Origin: an uncultured Klebsiella sp.
Lineage (GTDB): Bacteria; Pseudomonadota; Gammaproteobacteria; Pseudomonadales; UBA5518
Assembly: GCA_964610955.1 (NCBI GenBank)
Contig: CAZSYV010000004.1
Location: forward strand, 2,596 to 65,861
Direction: 5' to 3'
Length of the DNA: 63,266 bases
Shown: piece after piece, positions 27,408 to 40,443 of the stretch
Position numbering within the stretch: position 1 is the first letter of the stretch
Layout of the letters: every line of letters starts with the position of its first letter
Notes under the pieces: model-generated
The model's input: only the letters and a program-made list of their open reading frames with translations
The model's database searches: none
Told to the model about the DNA's origin: nothing
Translations under genes and position numbers: made by a program

Positions 27408-28814
27408 ATGAAACGCAACTGGATGTTCGTACCCCTTGTGCTCGTCCTGTCGCTCGTCGTGGGCGATGTGGCGCGAGCGGCGTCGTTGCCTGATTTCACC
27501 ACCATCGTCGAACGCAACTCCGCTACGGTGGTCAAGATTCTCAGCACCCAGAAGGCCTCGGCTGCCGCCGACCTGCCGCCGGGTATCGATCCGCGGATGC
27601 TCGAACAGATGCCGGAGATATTCCGTCACCTGTTCCAGTACCGCGGGCAGCCCGAACAGCGCGAGCGCCAGTCGATGGGCTCGGGCTTCATCATCTCGTC
27701 CGATGGCTACATCCTGACCAACCACCATGTCATCGACGGAGCCGATTCGGTGCTGGTGCGCCTGCTCGACAGACGCGAGTTCGAGGCGAAGATCATCGGC
27801 AGCGATCGGTACTCCGATATTGCGCTGCTGAAGGTCGACGCGAAGGACCTGCCCGTAGTGACGATGGGTGATGCCGACAAGTTGAAGGTGGGCGAATGGG
27901 TGCTTGCTATCGGCTCACCCTTCGGACTCGACTACTCGGTCACCCAGGGCATCGTCAGCGCGCGCGGGCGCAGCCTGCCGAGCGAGAACAACGCCAACTA
28001 TGTGCCGTTCATCCAGACGGATGTGGCGATCAACCCGGGCAACTCGGGTGGACCACTGTTCAACCTTGCCGGTGAGGTCGTCGGCATCAACTCGCAGATC
28101 TACACGCGCAGTGGCGGTTCGATCGGGCTGTCGTTCGCGATTCCCATTTCGGTGGCCGTCAACGTCGTGGAACAGCTGAAGAGTTCGGGCCACGTGGTGC
28201 GCGGATGGCTGGGTGTCGGCATCCAGGATGTGGACCGTGGCCTTGCCGAGAGCTTCGGGCTCGACAAGCCCGCGGGGGCGCTGGTCTCGTTCATCGAAGC
28301 GGGTGGACCGGCCGAGAAGGCAGGCGTGCGTATTGGTGACATCGTGGTTGACTTCGATGGCAAGCCGATCGCCGAGTCAGCGGATCTGCCGCACATCGTT
28401 GGGCTGATCAAGCCGGGGACCCGGACGCAGATGCGTGTGATCCGCGAGGGCAAGCCCGTGGAACTGCGCATCAAGGTCGGCGAGCTGCCTGATGATGCGG
28501 ACAGCACATCAGTGGCGAAGGCATCGACCAGTGGTGGGCGGCTCGGGCTGGTGGTGGAGGACCTGGATGCGCGGCAGAAGTCACGCCTGCATGTCGATGG
28601 CGGCGTGGTGGTGCGCGAGGTGGTTCCTGGCAAGCCGGGCGAGCGGGCCGGGCTGATGCACGGGGATATCATCACCCAGATCGGCAGACAGGCGGTGCGA
28701 GATCAGGCAACGTTCCGCAGCATCGTTGCCAGCATGCCGGTCGGAGTGCATGTGCCGGTTCGCCTGTTGCGCAATGGCCAGGCCGGCTTCGTGGCGATCC
28801 GTATCGAGAATTGA
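27408..28814 (+). CDS. mucD: DegQ/MucD HtrA-family serine protease with two PDZ domains
   Basis: 'GSGFIIS.DGYILTNHHV', 'SDIALLK', 'IQTDVAINPGNSGGPL'; two PDZ repeats. Confidence 0.95.
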   Translation: MKRNWMFVPLVLVLSLVVGDVARAASLPDFTTIVERNSATVVKILSTQKASAAADLPPGIDPRMLEQMPEIFRHLFQYRGQPEQRERQSMGSGFIISSDGYILTNHHVIDGADSVLVRLLDRREFEAKIIGSDRYSDIALLKVDAKDLPVVTMGDADKLKVGEWVLAIGSPFGLDYSVTQGIVSARGRSLPSENNANYVPFIQTDVAINPGNSGGPLFNLAGEVVGINSQIYTRSGGSIGLSFAIPISVAVNVVEQLKSSGHVVRGWLGVGIQDVDRGLAESFGLDKPAGALVSFIEAGGPAEKAGVRIGDIVVDFDGKPIAESADLPHIVGLIKPGTRTQMRVIREGKPVELRIKVGELPDDADSTSVAKASTSGGRLGLVVEDLDARQKSRLHVDGGVVVREVVPGKPGERAGLMHGDIITQIGRQAVRDQATFRSIVASMPVGVHVPVRLLRNGQAGFVAIRIEN

Positions 28815-28958
28815 CGGAGCGAGCAGGGGGGTCGAGCTCCAACCGGTGATCGTGTAGTATTCCGTGCTTTTGCGAAGAGCCCCGGGTGGTGCGCCAGCGA
28901 ACGGCAGGCGTGCGCCCGAGTGGCATCGGAACTCCCAACGGCGCGTGGTACAGCACGG

Positions 28959-30761
<1,803 letters not shown>

Positions 30762-30773
30762 CGGGTGAAGGGT

Positions 30774-31613
30774 ATGGATATCGATTTTCCACTCATCCTG
30801 GTCGCCCTGACCGCGCTGGCCCTGCTGATCAGTGTTCTGGATGTGCTGCTCTGGCGCCCGCGTCGCAGGCATCGCGAGGCGGAGCTGCACGCGAACTTTC
30901 CGGCGTGGAACCAGCCGGGCAGTGCAGATGCGCTCGCCTATGCTGCGCAGGCCGAAGGCGCACTGCGTGTGCCGACGACCGTCGAGTACGCGCGCTCGTT
31001 CCTGCCGGTACTGCTGATCGTGCTGGTGCTGCGCAGCTTTCTCGTCGAACCGTTCCAGATTCCCTCGTCATCGATGGTGCCCACGCTGCTGGTCGGTGAC
31101 TACATCCTGGTCAACAAGTTCGCCTACGGGATCCGCCTGCCGGTGCTGAACACCAAGGTGATGGACATCGGCGAGCCGCAGCGTGGTGATGTCATGGTGT
31201 TCTTTCCGCCGAACGACCACCGTTATTTCATCAAGCGGGTGATCGGGCTGCCGGGGGATCACATCGCCTATCGGGACAAGGTGCTCTATGTGAATGGGGA
31301 GGAGGTGCCGCAGGTACTGATCGCTCAACTCCCGCCCCTGGCACCGACCTACCAGATCCTCGAGGAGGATCTTTCCGGCGTGACGCATGCAATACGCAAG
31401 GATCTGCGTCGATTCATCCCGGATGACTTCGAGACCACGGTGTCCCCAGGGCACTATTTCATGATGGGCGACAATCGTGACAACAGCAGCGACAGCCGGG
31501 TCTGGGGTGAGGTTCCCGAGCGCAACATCGTCGGCAATGCCTTCGCGATCTGGATGCACTGGGAAGGGCTGCTGAGCCTGCCGAGCTTCTCGCGCATGAG
31601 CGCGATTCATTGA
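30774..31613 (+). CDS. lepB: Signal peptidase I
   Basis: 'EPFQIPSSSM.PTL.VGD.ILVNKF', 'FIKRVIGLPGD', 'GDNRDNSSDSR'. Confidence 0.97.
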   Translation: MDIDFPLILVALTALALLISVLDVLLWRPRRRHREAELHANFPAWNQPGSADALAYAAQAEGALRVPTTVEYARSFLPVLLIVLVLRSFLVEPFQIPSSSMVPTLLVGDYILVNKFAYGIRLPVLNTKVMDIGEPQRGDVMVFFPPNDHRYFIKRVIGLPGDHIAYRDKVLYVNGEEVPQVLIAQLPPLAPTYQILEEDLSGVTHAIRKDLRRFIPDDFETTVSPGHYFMMGDNRDNSSDSRVWGEVPERNIVGNAFAIWMHWEGLLSLPSFSRMSAIH

Positions 31614-31663
31614 CACGGACTACACTTCTGCGCAATGAGATCAACCGGTAGAGGGAGACTCCC

Positions 31664-32077
31664 GTGAACGGTTTTGCAAGGTTGCACCAGGCGGGATACT
31701 CGATCTGGCAGTGGATGGTGATCGTGCTGGTGGTTGGGTTTTTTCTCACCATCGGCTTCAGTGTCGGGCCGCTTTACATAACGAACTATTCGGTGCAGGC
31801 GACAGTCAAGTCGCTGCGCAGCGATCCTGAACTGGCCACCAAGTCGATACCCGAGATTCGCAGCGCCATCGAGCGCAAGTTCGACGTGAACCAGATCAAT
31901 GTCGTCCAGGCGGTGTGTCGGGACAAGAACAAGCCGTGCATGAAGGTCGAGAAGACCATGAAGCATGTGATCATCGACGCCAGCTACGAGGCCCGTGTGC
32001 ATGTAATGGCCAACGTCGATGCAGTCGTGAGCTTTGACGGTAACCGCGTGGAGATTCCGATTCCCGGTGCTTCCTGA
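31664..32077 (+). CDS. DUF4845-family protein
   Basis: Pilin-like N-terminus 'QAGYSIWQWMVIV', position between lepB and rnc, C-terminal 'YEARV...NVDAVV.F'. Confidence 0.85.
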   Translation: MNGFARLHQAGYSIWQWMVIVLVVGFFLTIGFSVGPLYITNYSVQATVKSLRSDPELATKSIPEIRSAIERKFDVNQINVVQAVCRDKNKPCMKVEKTMKHVIIDASYEARVHVMANVDAVVSFDGNRVEIPIPGAS

Positions 32078-32765
32078 GAACGACCGCGCCATCGAGCAGT
32101 TCGAAACTCGTATCGGGCATGTGTTTGAGTCCCGCGATCTGCTGTTCACCGCGCTCACGCATGCGAGTGCGGGGCCGGACAACAATGAACGGCTGGAGTT
32201 CCTGGGCGACGCCCTGCTCGATCTGGCCATCGCCGCCGAGCTCTTCGGGCGTTTTCCGCAGCTGCGCGAGGGGCAACTGCACCGGTTGCGCGCCAGCCTG
32301 GTGTGCGGCGAGACACTGGCCGAGATCGCTCGCGAGCTGAGGGTCGGTGCCGTGTTGCGCCTTGGCGCCGGTGAGGCGGCAAGTGGTGGACGCGATCGCG
32401 ATTCGAACCTGGCCGATGCGGTCGAGGCGCTGCTCGGGGCGATCCTGCTCGATGCGGGAAGTGAGGCAGCGATAACGGTTGCCCGCAGCTGGTACGCTGC
32501 ACGTCTCGAGCACCTCGAGCCCGGTGTGTCGCTGAAGGATGCCAAGACTGCACTGCAGGAGTTCCTGCAGGCTCGCCGCCAGCCGCTGCCGCGCTACGAG
32601 CTGCTTGAATCGTCACCGTCATCAGCCGGCTTCGTGGCGTGCTGCCATGCGCAGGGACTGCAGACACCGACCACCGGCGAGGGGCGCACGCGGCGCATTG
32701 CCGAACAACAGGCTGCGGCCGCGGCGCTGCGTCGCCTGCAGGGTGACGAGGGGCGGCATTCATGA
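32067..32765 (+). CDS. rnc: Ribonuclease III
   Basis: 'ALTHAS', '[12 protein letters not shown]', '[13 protein letters not shown]', dsRBD 'KT.LQE.LQ..AEQQAA'. Confidence 0.97.
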   Translation: MLPENDRAIEQFETRIGHVFESRDLLFTALTHASAGPDNNERLEFLGDALLDLAIAAELFGRFPQLREGQLHRLRASLVCGETLAEIARELRVGAVLRLGAGEAASGGRDRDSNLADAVEALLGAILLDAGSEAAITVARSWYAARLEHLEPGVSLKDAKTALQEFLQARRQPLPRYELLESSPSSAGFVACCHAQGLQTPTTGEGRTRRIAEQQAAAAALRRLQGDEGRHS

Positions 32766-33658
32766 GCACACGGCGTTGTGGCCTGGTCGCGATCGTGGGG
32801 CGACCGAACGTCGGCAAGTCGACCCTGCTGAATCACCTGCTCGGCCAGAAGATCAGCATCACCTCGCGCAAGCCCCAGACCACACGTCACCGGATTCTCG
32901 GCGTCAGTACGCGTGATGACGTACAGATCGTCTATGTCGATACACCGGGCCTGCATCGTGGCGAGGGCCAGGCGTTGAACCGCGCGATGAACCGTGCGGC
33001 GCTGAAGGCGATCCGTGACGTCGACGTGGTGCTGCTGGTGGTCGATCGTCTGGTGTGGAACACCGGTGACGAGGAGGCGCTCGAGGCGGTGCGTCGCTCG
33101 GACAAGCCGGTGCTGCTGGTGATCAACAAGACCGATCGGCTCGAGGATCGACAGGCGTTGCTGCCGCATATCGGCATACTGCGCGAGAAGCACGAGTTCG
33201 CCGCGATCGTGCCCGTCTCGGCGCTGCGTGGCAGCAATCTCGAAGCGTTGGAGCGCGAGATCGTGACACTGCTTCCCGAGGCGGCGCACCTGTTTCCCGA
33301 AGACCAGCTGACCGATCGCAGTGAACGATTCATGGTGGCCGAGATCGTGCGCGAGAAGCTCGTCCGTCAGCTCGGTGAAGAGCTGCCCTACGCCAGCGCC
33401 GTGCAGATCGAGGAGTTTCGCACCGAGCGTTCGGTGGTGCACATCGCCGCGCTGATCCTGGTCGACAAGCCTGGGCAGAAGGCAATCGTGATCGGCCAGG
33501 GAGGGGCGCGGCTGAAGCGGGTCGGGGCGGAGGCCCGTGCCGACATCGAACGCCTGCTCGGTGCGAAGGTGATGCTGCGGCTGTGGGTCAAGGTGCGCGG
33601 TGGGTGGGCCGATGACGAGCGTGCGCTTGCCAGTCTCGGCTACCAGGACGAGGACTGA
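32762..33658 (+). CDS. era: GTPase Era
   Basis: '[10 protein letters not shown]', 'DTPG', 'NKTD', KH motif 'IVIGQGG'. Confidence 0.98.
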   Translation: MSTRRCGLVAIVGRPNVGKSTLLNHLLGQKISITSRKPQTTRHRILGVSTRDDVQIVYVDTPGLHRGEGQALNRAMNRAALKAIRDVDVVLLVVDRLVWNTGDEEALEAVRRSDKPVLLVINKTDRLEDRQALLPHIGILREKHEFAAIVPVSALRGSNLEALEREIVTLLPEAAHLFPEDQLTDRSERFMVAEIVREKLVRQLGEELPYASAVQIEEFRTERSVVHIAALILVDKPGQKAIVIGQGGARLKRVGAEARADIERLLGAKVMLRLWVKVRGGWADDERALASLGYQDED

Positions 33659-33685
33659 GTAGGGCGTTTGTACGAGGTGGGCTTG

Positions 33686-34411
33686 ATGGGGGTGCGCATC
33701 GATCATCAACCGGCCTTCGTGCTGCACCGGCGTGCCTATCGCGAGAGCAGTTTCCTGCTTGAACTGCTGACGCGCGATCACGGTCGCGTTGTCGCGGTTG
33801 CACGAGGTGTGCGCAGCTCACGCCGCGCCGCAGTGGCGGAGTGCCAGCCACTGCAGCCACTGCTCGTTGCCTGGTCGGGTCGTGGCGAGCTGAAGACGCT
33901 TGCTTCGGCAGAGATTGCTGGAAGCACCCATGCGCCTGTCGGCGAGCGGCTCTACAGTGCGCTCTATGTCAACGAGCTGCTGCTGCGCCTGCTGCCGGTG
34001 CAGGACCCGCATCCGGTACTGTTCGACGCCTATGCGGTGCTGCTGGCGCAGCTCGCGGATGACCAGGCGCTGGAGCCATTGCTGCGCGGCTTCGAGCTGT
34101 TGCTGCTGCGCGAGCTCGGCTACGGCATCACGCTCGATCGCATCGCCGACGGCGATCAGGTGCTTGAGCCTGGCGTGAGCTATCGCTTCGACCCTGCTGC
34201 AGGGTTTCGGATCGCGGATCCTGCCGGGGGAGGCGATGCCTACTCCGGGCATGTGCTGGCAGCGATCGCACGTGAGGATTTCTCCGATCCCGTGACACGC
34301 CGTCAGGCGAAACAGCTGCTGCGTGCGGCGTTAGCGCAACTGCTCGGGCCGCGACCACTGTCGAGTCGCCGCTATTTTTTTCCTCGTCATGCCCGGTCGG
34401 CAACGGGATGA
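33686..34411 (+). CDS. recO: DNA repair protein RecO
   Basis: 'AFVLHRRAYRESS', 'LQP', 'LYVNELL.RLL', 'FELLLL.ELGYG'. Confidence 0.96.
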   Translation: MGVRIDHQPAFVLHRRAYRESSFLLELLTRDHGRVVAVARGVRSSRRAAVAECQPLQPLLVAWSGRGELKTLASAEIAGSTHAPVGERLYSALYVNELLLRLLPVQDPHPVLFDAYAVLLAQLADDQALEPLLRGFELLLLRELGYGITLDRIADGDQVLEPGVSYRFDPAAGFRIADPAGGGDAYSGHVLAAIAREDFSDPVTRRQAKQLLRAALAQLLGPRPLSSRRYFFPRHARSATG

Positions 34412-34475
34412 GATGATCTCCAAGGCGCCGTGTCGACGTATCATGCCTGCTGTGAGCGGGGAGGCAAATTCACGC

Positions 34476-35423
34476 ATGAACGGTCCAGAGCACGATCATC
34501 GCGCACAGGCGTGCGATGCGGGAAACGCAGGCGGTTTCGTGACCGTCGAGGCGACGGTTGGCGAGACGCCGCTGGTGCGCCTGCAGCGCATGCAGGCAGG
34601 CAACGGCAACACGATCCTGCTGAAGCTCGAGGGCAACAACCCGGCTGGTTCGGTCAAGGACCGCCCGGCGCTGGCAATGATTCGCGGCGCCGAGGAGCGC
34701 AACGAGATTCGCCCTGGCGACACGCTGATCGAGGCGACCAGCGGCAATACCGGCATCGCGCTGGCGATGGCTGCCGCGATCCGTGGCTACCATCTGATCC
34801 TGGTCATGCCGGAGCACATGAGTGCAGAGCGTGGCTACGTGATGCGTGCCTTCGGTGCAGAGCTGATCAACGTGCCGCGTGCGGGTGGCATGGAGGCTGC
34901 GCGTGATCTTGCGTTGCGCCTGCAGGCGCAGGGACGTGGACACGTGCTCGATCAGTTCTCGAACCCCGACAACCCACTGGCGCATTACCGCACGACGGGA
35001 CCGGAGATCTGGCGCCAGAGCATGCGGCGTGTCACGCATTTCGTTGCCGCGATGGGTACGACCGGAACGATCATGGGCGTGTCGCGCTACCTGAAGGAGT
35101 GTGATCCGGCGATCCGTGTGATCGGGCTGCAGCCGGCCGAAGGGTCGAGCATCCCTGGAATTCGTCGCTGGTCGCAGGCGTATCGACCGCAGATCTATGA
35201 GCCCGAACGGGTCGACGAACTGCTGGATATCTCGCAGCACGAGGCCGAGGCGACGATGCGCGAACTGGCGGCACGTGAGGGAATCCTCTGCGGTGTGTCC
35301 TCGGGTGGTGCGGTGGCTGGTGCCTTGCGTGTTGCCGAGCGCAGCCACGGAGCGGTGATCGCCACGATCGTTTGCGATCGTGGCGATCGCTACCTGTCTA
35401 CTGGAGTGTTCGATACGCATTGA
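34476..35423 (+). CDS. cysM: Cysteine synthase B
   Basis: 'KLEGNNPAGSVKDRPA', 'EATSGNTGIALA', 'GTTGTI', 'CDRGDRYLS'. An alternative GTG start lies at 34539. Confidence 0.96.
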   Translation: MNGPEHDHRAQACDAGNAGGFVTVEATVGETPLVRLQRMQAGNGNTILLKLEGNNPAGSVKDRPALAMIRGAEERNEIRPGDTLIEATSGNTGIALAMAAAIRGYHLILVMPEHMSAERGYVMRAFGAELINVPRAGGMEAARDLALRLQAQGRGHVLDQFSNPDNPLAHYRTTGPEIWRQSMRRVTHFVAAMGTTGTIMGVSRYLKECDPAIRVIGLQPAEGSSIPGIRRWSQAYRPQIYEPERVDELLDISQHEAEATMRELAAREGILCGVSSGGAVAGALRVAERSHGAVIATIVCDRGDRYLSTGVFDTH

Positions 35424-35430
35424 GGTCGTG

Positions 35431-37647
35431 ATGGTTGCGATCCGCCACGCTCATACCTTGCCCCAATCGCTGCCCATGGACGGCAAGGCATTGCTTGCAC
35501 GCCTGCCGCAGGCTGCGCTGATCGAAGGCGGCGAACGTGTCGCCACTGCCTTCGATACCCTGCTGAGTGCCTGTGCCGACGAGGGAGGTGTCGCGCTGCG
35601 CCGGCGTGTCGAGGCGGCGCTGGATATCGTCGAGACGCTGGCAGGCCTTGGCCTGGACACAGAGGCGCTGGTGGCGGGCGTGCTGTGCCAGATGCCTGCG
35701 GCAAGCGAGATCGAACCCGAGGCGGTGCGGCTGCGCTTTGGCGCGGAGGTTGCCGGCCTGCTGGAGGGCGTGTGGCGGATGGAGGTGCTCGGAGCCGGCG
35801 TTGGGGCACTCAGCGAGAACAGCTTTGCGAACCGGCGTGAGCAGGGTGAGAGACTGCGCCGGATGCTGGTGTCGATGATCGACGATCCACGCGTTGCGCT
35901 GATCCGGCTCGCAGAGCGCGTACAGGCGCTGCGGATCCTCGATCCGGCCGATCGCAGCGATGCTGCGTTGCGGGTCGCGCGCGCGGCAATGGATATCTAC
36001 GCGCCGCTTGCGCATCGCCTCGGTGTCGGGCAGATCAAGTGGGAGCTCGAGGATCTGGCGTTTCGCCAGCTGCAACCCGATGACTATCGCGGCATTGCCA
36101 GGCTGCTTGCCGAGCGACGCACCGATCGCGATCACTTCATCCAGGTGGCGATCGCGCGCCTCGACGAGGCACTCGCACAGGCCGGGCTGCACGCGGAGCT
36201 CTCGGGCAGATCGAAGCATCTCTACAGCATCTGGCGCAAGATGCAGCGCAAGGGCATCGGGATCGGCGAAGTCTACGACGCGCGCGCGCTGCGCGTGCTC
36301 GTCGATACGGTTGCACAGTGCTACTCCACGCTTGGTGTCGTGCACGGGCTGTGGCGCAATCTGCCGGGTGAGTTCGATGACTACATCGCCAACCCCAAGC
36401 CGAACGGCTACCGCTCGCTGCACACGGCGGTGATCGCCGACGATGGCAGGGTGCTCGAGGTGCAGATCCGTACACGTGCCATGCACGAGGAGGCCGAGCT
36501 CGGCATCTGTGCGCACTGGGCATACAAGGGTGGTGAACGCAGCACGGGGGGCAGCGGCTACGACGACAAGATAGCCTGGCTGCGGCAGGTGATCGAATGG
36601 GGTGGCGAGCTCGACGCGACAGAGACGATTGCCGAACACCTGCGTCGCGAAGTGGTTGCCGATCGGGTCTACGTGCTGACGCCCGAGGGACACGTCGTCG
36701 ATCTGGCGGCAGGGGCGACGCCGGTGGACTTTGCCTATCAGGTGCACAGCGAGCTGGGGCACCGTTGTCGTGGGGCGCGTGTCGATGGGCGCATCGTTGG
36801 CCTCGATCATGTGTTGATCACGGGGGAGCGTGTCGAGATCCTGCGCGGGCGTCATGCGGCGCCCAACCGTGACTGGCTGCGCCCGGGAAACGTGTTCGTG
36901 CACACGGCGCGTGCGCGCAGTCGCATTCGCCACTGGTTCCGCCAGCAGGATCGTGAGCAGCTGATCGTTGCCGGACGAGGACTCCTCGAACGGGAGCTGC
37001 GCCGGGTCAGGCTGTCGGCACCAGCGCTTCCGACGCTGGCGCGTGAGCTGGGCTTTGCCGATACGGCAGATCTGCTGGCTGCGCTGGGCAGTGGCGAGAC
37101 CGGGGTTGGCGAGGTCATCGCACACCTCGGCCCGGGGGAGCCGCCAGGAGAGCCGCTGGTGAAACCCGGCGTGGGGCGCAGGGGCGCACGCACGGGCAGT
37201 GAGGTCGAGGTTGCCGGGATAGACAACATCATGAGCACCCTGGCGCGCTGCTGCGCACCGCTGCCGGGTGATGCGATCGGCGGCTACGTGACCGCTGGCC
37301 GTGGGGTCAGCGTGCACCGTGCGGACTGCAGCAAGCTGCAGCGGCTGAGGCAGCAGAGTCCGGATCGCATCGTCGAGGTGCACTGGCTCCCGGGTGCAGT
37401 GCGTCTGCACGAAGTGAAGGTACGTGTCGTTGCGCACGATCGCCCGGGGCTGCTGCAGGAGCTGGTCACCTTGCTCGGCAACGAGCGCGTGAACGTGCTC
37501 GATCTTGCCACGACGGTCGATCGCAGGCAGCGCCTGGCGACGGTGCAGCTCATCATCGAGATCTCCTCGATCGAAACCCTCGGGCACATCCTTGGAAAGA
37601 TCGCCCGGCTCCGAGGGGTGCTCGATGCGCAGCGCCACATCGAATGA
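35431..37647 (+). CDS. relA: (p)ppGpp synthetase RelA
   Basis: Degenerate HD hydrolase region, 'YAPLAHRLG', 'R.KH.YSIWRKM', 'EFDDYIANPKPNGY.SLHT', TGS 'TPVDFAY.VH', ZFD 'LARCC.P.PGD', C-terminal ACT. Confidence 0.97.
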   Translation: MVAIRHAHTLPQSLPMDGKALLARLPQAALIEGGERVATAFDTLLSACADEGGVALRRRVEAALDIVETLAGLGLDTEALVAGVLCQMPAASEIEPEAVRLRFGAEVAGLLEGVWRMEVLGAGVGALSENSFANRREQGERLRRMLVSMIDDPRVALIRLAERVQALRILDPADRSDAALRVARAAMDIYAPLAHRLGVGQIKWELEDLAFRQLQPDDYRGIARLLAERRTDRDHFIQVAIARLDEALAQAGLHAELSGRSKHLYSIWRKMQRKGIGIGEVYDARALRVLVDTVAQCYSTLGVVHGLWRNLPGEFDDYIANPKPNGYRSLHTAVIADDGRVLEVQIRTRAMHEEAELGICAHWAYKGGERSTGGSGYDDKIAWLRQVIEWGGELDATETIAEHLRREVVADRVYVLTPEGHVVDLAAGATPVDFAYQVHSELGHRCRGARVDGRIVGLDHVLITGERVEILRGRHAAPNRDWLRPGNVFVHTARARSRIRHWFRQQDREQLIVAGRGLLERELRRVRLSAPALPTLARELGFADTADLLAALGSGETGVGEVIAHLGPGEPPGEPLVKPGVGRRGARTGSEVEVAGIDNIMSTLARCCAPLPGDAIGGYVTAGRGVSVHRADCSKLQRLRQQSPDRIVEVHWLPGAVRLHEVKVRVVAHDRPGLLQELVTLLGNERVNVLDLATTVDRRQRLATVQLIIEISSIETLGHILGKIARLRGVLDAQRHIE

Positions 37648-37660
37648 TGGGCTGCAGCAG

Positions 37661-38485
37661 ATGAGCCGTTACGGTATCGATGAGCTGCGCGAACTGGTGC
37701 GTCGACTGCGCGATCCGTGCAGTGGCTGCCCGTGGGATCTGCGTCAGGATCATGCATCGCTGCTGCAGCACATGCTGGAGGAAGTGTACGAATTCGTCGA
37801 TGCCGTCGGGCGCGAGGACGATCAGTCGATGTGCGACGAACTTGGTGATTACCTGTTTCAGGCGATCTTTCATGCTCAGGTCGCCGCAGAGCGAGGTGCC
37901 TTCGATTTCGATGATGTCACGCATGCCATCGTCAGCAAGCTGCTGCGTCGGCATCCACATGTGTTTCCCGATGGTACGCTGGGAACTGAGCGGGGCGCCG
38001 GTGTCCATGTCGATGAGCGCGCACTGCGCACCGACTGGGAGCGTGGCAAGCAGCAGGAGCGCCACCAGCGGGCGCAGCATGGTGTGCTCGACGAAGTGCC
38101 GATGGCGCTGCCTGCGCTGCAGAGGGCCGCGAAGCTGCAGCGCCGTGCTGCGAGCGTGGGCTTCGATTGGTCTGCAGTGGTGGCAGTCATCGGCAAGCTG
38201 CGCGAGGAGCTTGCCGAGCTCGAAGAGGCACACCACGCCCAGGATGGCGCTGCGATCGCCGAGGAGCTGGGTGATCTGCTGTTCAGCTGCGTCAACCTGG
38301 CGCGACATCTCGATGTGGATGCAGAGAGCGCCCTGCGTGGCGCGAATGCCAAGTTCGAGCGACGTTTTCGTGCACTGGAGCAGGAAGTGGATGACCGAGG
38401 CATCGCTCTGCAGGGCTGTGATGAGCGACTGCTCGATGACATCTGGGAGCTCGTGAAATGGCGCGAACGGGGCTCAGGGGGCTGA
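37661..38485 (+). CDS. mazG: Nucleoside triphosphate pyrophosphohydrolase MazG
   Basis: 'LRDP..GCPWD..Q', 'EE.YE', 'ELGD.LFQ', 'KL.RRHPHVF', 'EELGDLLF'. Confidence 0.96.
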   Translation: MSRYGIDELRELVRRLRDPCSGCPWDLRQDHASLLQHMLEEVYEFVDAVGREDDQSMCDELGDYLFQAIFHAQVAAERGAFDFDDVTHAIVSKLLRRHPHVFPDGTLGTERGAGVHVDERALRTDWERGKQQERHQRAQHGVLDEVPMALPALQRAAKLQRRAASVGFDWSAVVAVIGKLREELAELEEAHHAQDGAAIAEELGDLLFSCVNLARHLDVDAESALRGANAKFERRFRALEQEVDDRGIALQGCDERLLDDIWELVKWRERGSGG

Positions 38486-38585
38486 GTGTGCGATCTCCCT
38501 GGCTTGTTATCGTGGTTTCGGGTGTGTAATGTTCAGCGCCTTCAACAGAACCATTCGATTGGGGTCGTGCCGTGGAGCGGTCTGA

Positions 38586-39245
<660 letters not shown>

Positions 39246-39250
39246 ACCTC

Positions 39251-40318
39251 ATGCCGGTGCCGTTTCACACGGACGTGCAGATACCGGAAGATCAGGACGA
39301 GTTGCCGCAGTGGAAACCCTCCACTGCGGCAATCCTGGTCAATCTCGGTTCGCCCCGTGAACCGACACGTGCATCGGTCGCAGCGTTCCTTGCCGAGTTC
39401 CTCTCCGACAGGCGTGTCGTTGAAAGCTCGCCACTGCTGTGGCAACCGATACTGCGCGGCCTGGTCATTCCGCTGCGGGTGAAGCGCGTCACTCATGCCT
39501 ATGCCTCGATCTGGGATGGTGGCTCGCCGCTGCGCGAGATCTCGCTGCGTCAGCGCTGGCGGGTACAGCAGCAGTTGCGCGTGCGCTGTGCCGATGCGGC
39601 GCCTTGGGTGCGTCTGGCAATGAGCTACCAGGGACCGACGGTTGCGGCGACGATTGCCGATTGCCAGCGGTACGGGATCGATCGAATCGTCGTCCTGCCG
39701 CTGTTTCCGCAGTATTCCGCCACGACCACGGCTGTGGTGTTCGATCAGGTTGCACGTTACCTGGTGCACACACGTGCACTTCCCGAACTGCATCTGCTGC
39801 GCGACTACCATGACCATCCGGGCTATATCGCAGCATTGGCGTCGAGTGTTCGCGAGCATTGGCAACGCCACGGGCGTGCAGAGCACCTGCTGATGTCCTT
39901 CCATGGAATTCCCGAAATGAATGTCCAGAGGGGGGATCCGTATGCGCGCCAGTGCGAGCGGACTGCCCGCCTGCTTGCGCTCGAGCTGGGATTGCATGAG
40001 CGTGACTGGACCCTGACGTATCAGTCACGGTTCGGTCGCGCACGCTGGCTGATGCCGTACACCAGCGAGACACTGCGCAAGCTGCCAGGCCAGGGCGTGC
40101 GTTCGCTCGATGTGATCTGCCCGGCCTTTTCCGCCGACTGTCTGGAAACACTGGAAGAAATGGCCGTGGAGAATCGCGCGGTGTTCCTCGATGCCGGTGG
40201 AACCGGGTACCGCTTCATTGCGTGTCTGAACGATCGTGAGGATCACATCGCCGCACTGTGCGACATCGTGATGGCGAGCAATAGTGGCGATGCGTGCACA
40301 GTCGATGGCAGTGAGTGA
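39251..40318 (+). CDS. hemH: Ferrochelatase
   Basis: 'LVNLGSP', 'LPLFPQYSATT', 'SFHGIP', 'YQSRFG...WL.PYT', 'FSADCLETLEE'. Confidence 0.97.
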   Translation: MPVPFHTDVQIPEDQDELPQWKPSTAAILVNLGSPREPTRASVAAFLAEFLSDRRVVESSPLLWQPILRGLVIPLRVKRVTHAYASIWDGGSPLREISLRQRWRVQQQLRVRCADAAPWVRLAMSYQGPTVAATIADCQRYGIDRIVVLPLFPQYSATTTAVVFDQVARYLVHTRALPELHLLRDYHDHPGYIAALASSVREHWQRHGRAEHLLMSFHGIPEMNVQRGDPYARQCERTARLLALELGLHERDWTLTYQSRFGRARWLMPYTSETLRKLPGQGVRSLDVICPAFSADCLETLEEMAVENRAVFLDAGGTGYRFIACLNDREDHIAALCDIVMASNSGDACTVDGSE

Positions 40319-40443
40319 ATGGCTGATTGCACACACCGGCGCTGTTTTGTTGAACGCATCAGGTCGAAATGCTATTTTTCGGATGCGTTTTGCTGTGCGT
40401 TGATGACGTTCGTTTCGTTTCACTGAACACTAGGAGTTCAATA

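Noticed and set aside
35398-37638. 746-aa ORF antisense to relA (similarly 14998-16791, 18062-19906, 23096-24340, 32594-33781, 58938-60572)
   Set aside because: These are shadow ORFs opposite well-supported genes, expected at this GC content, with no recognisable motifs.
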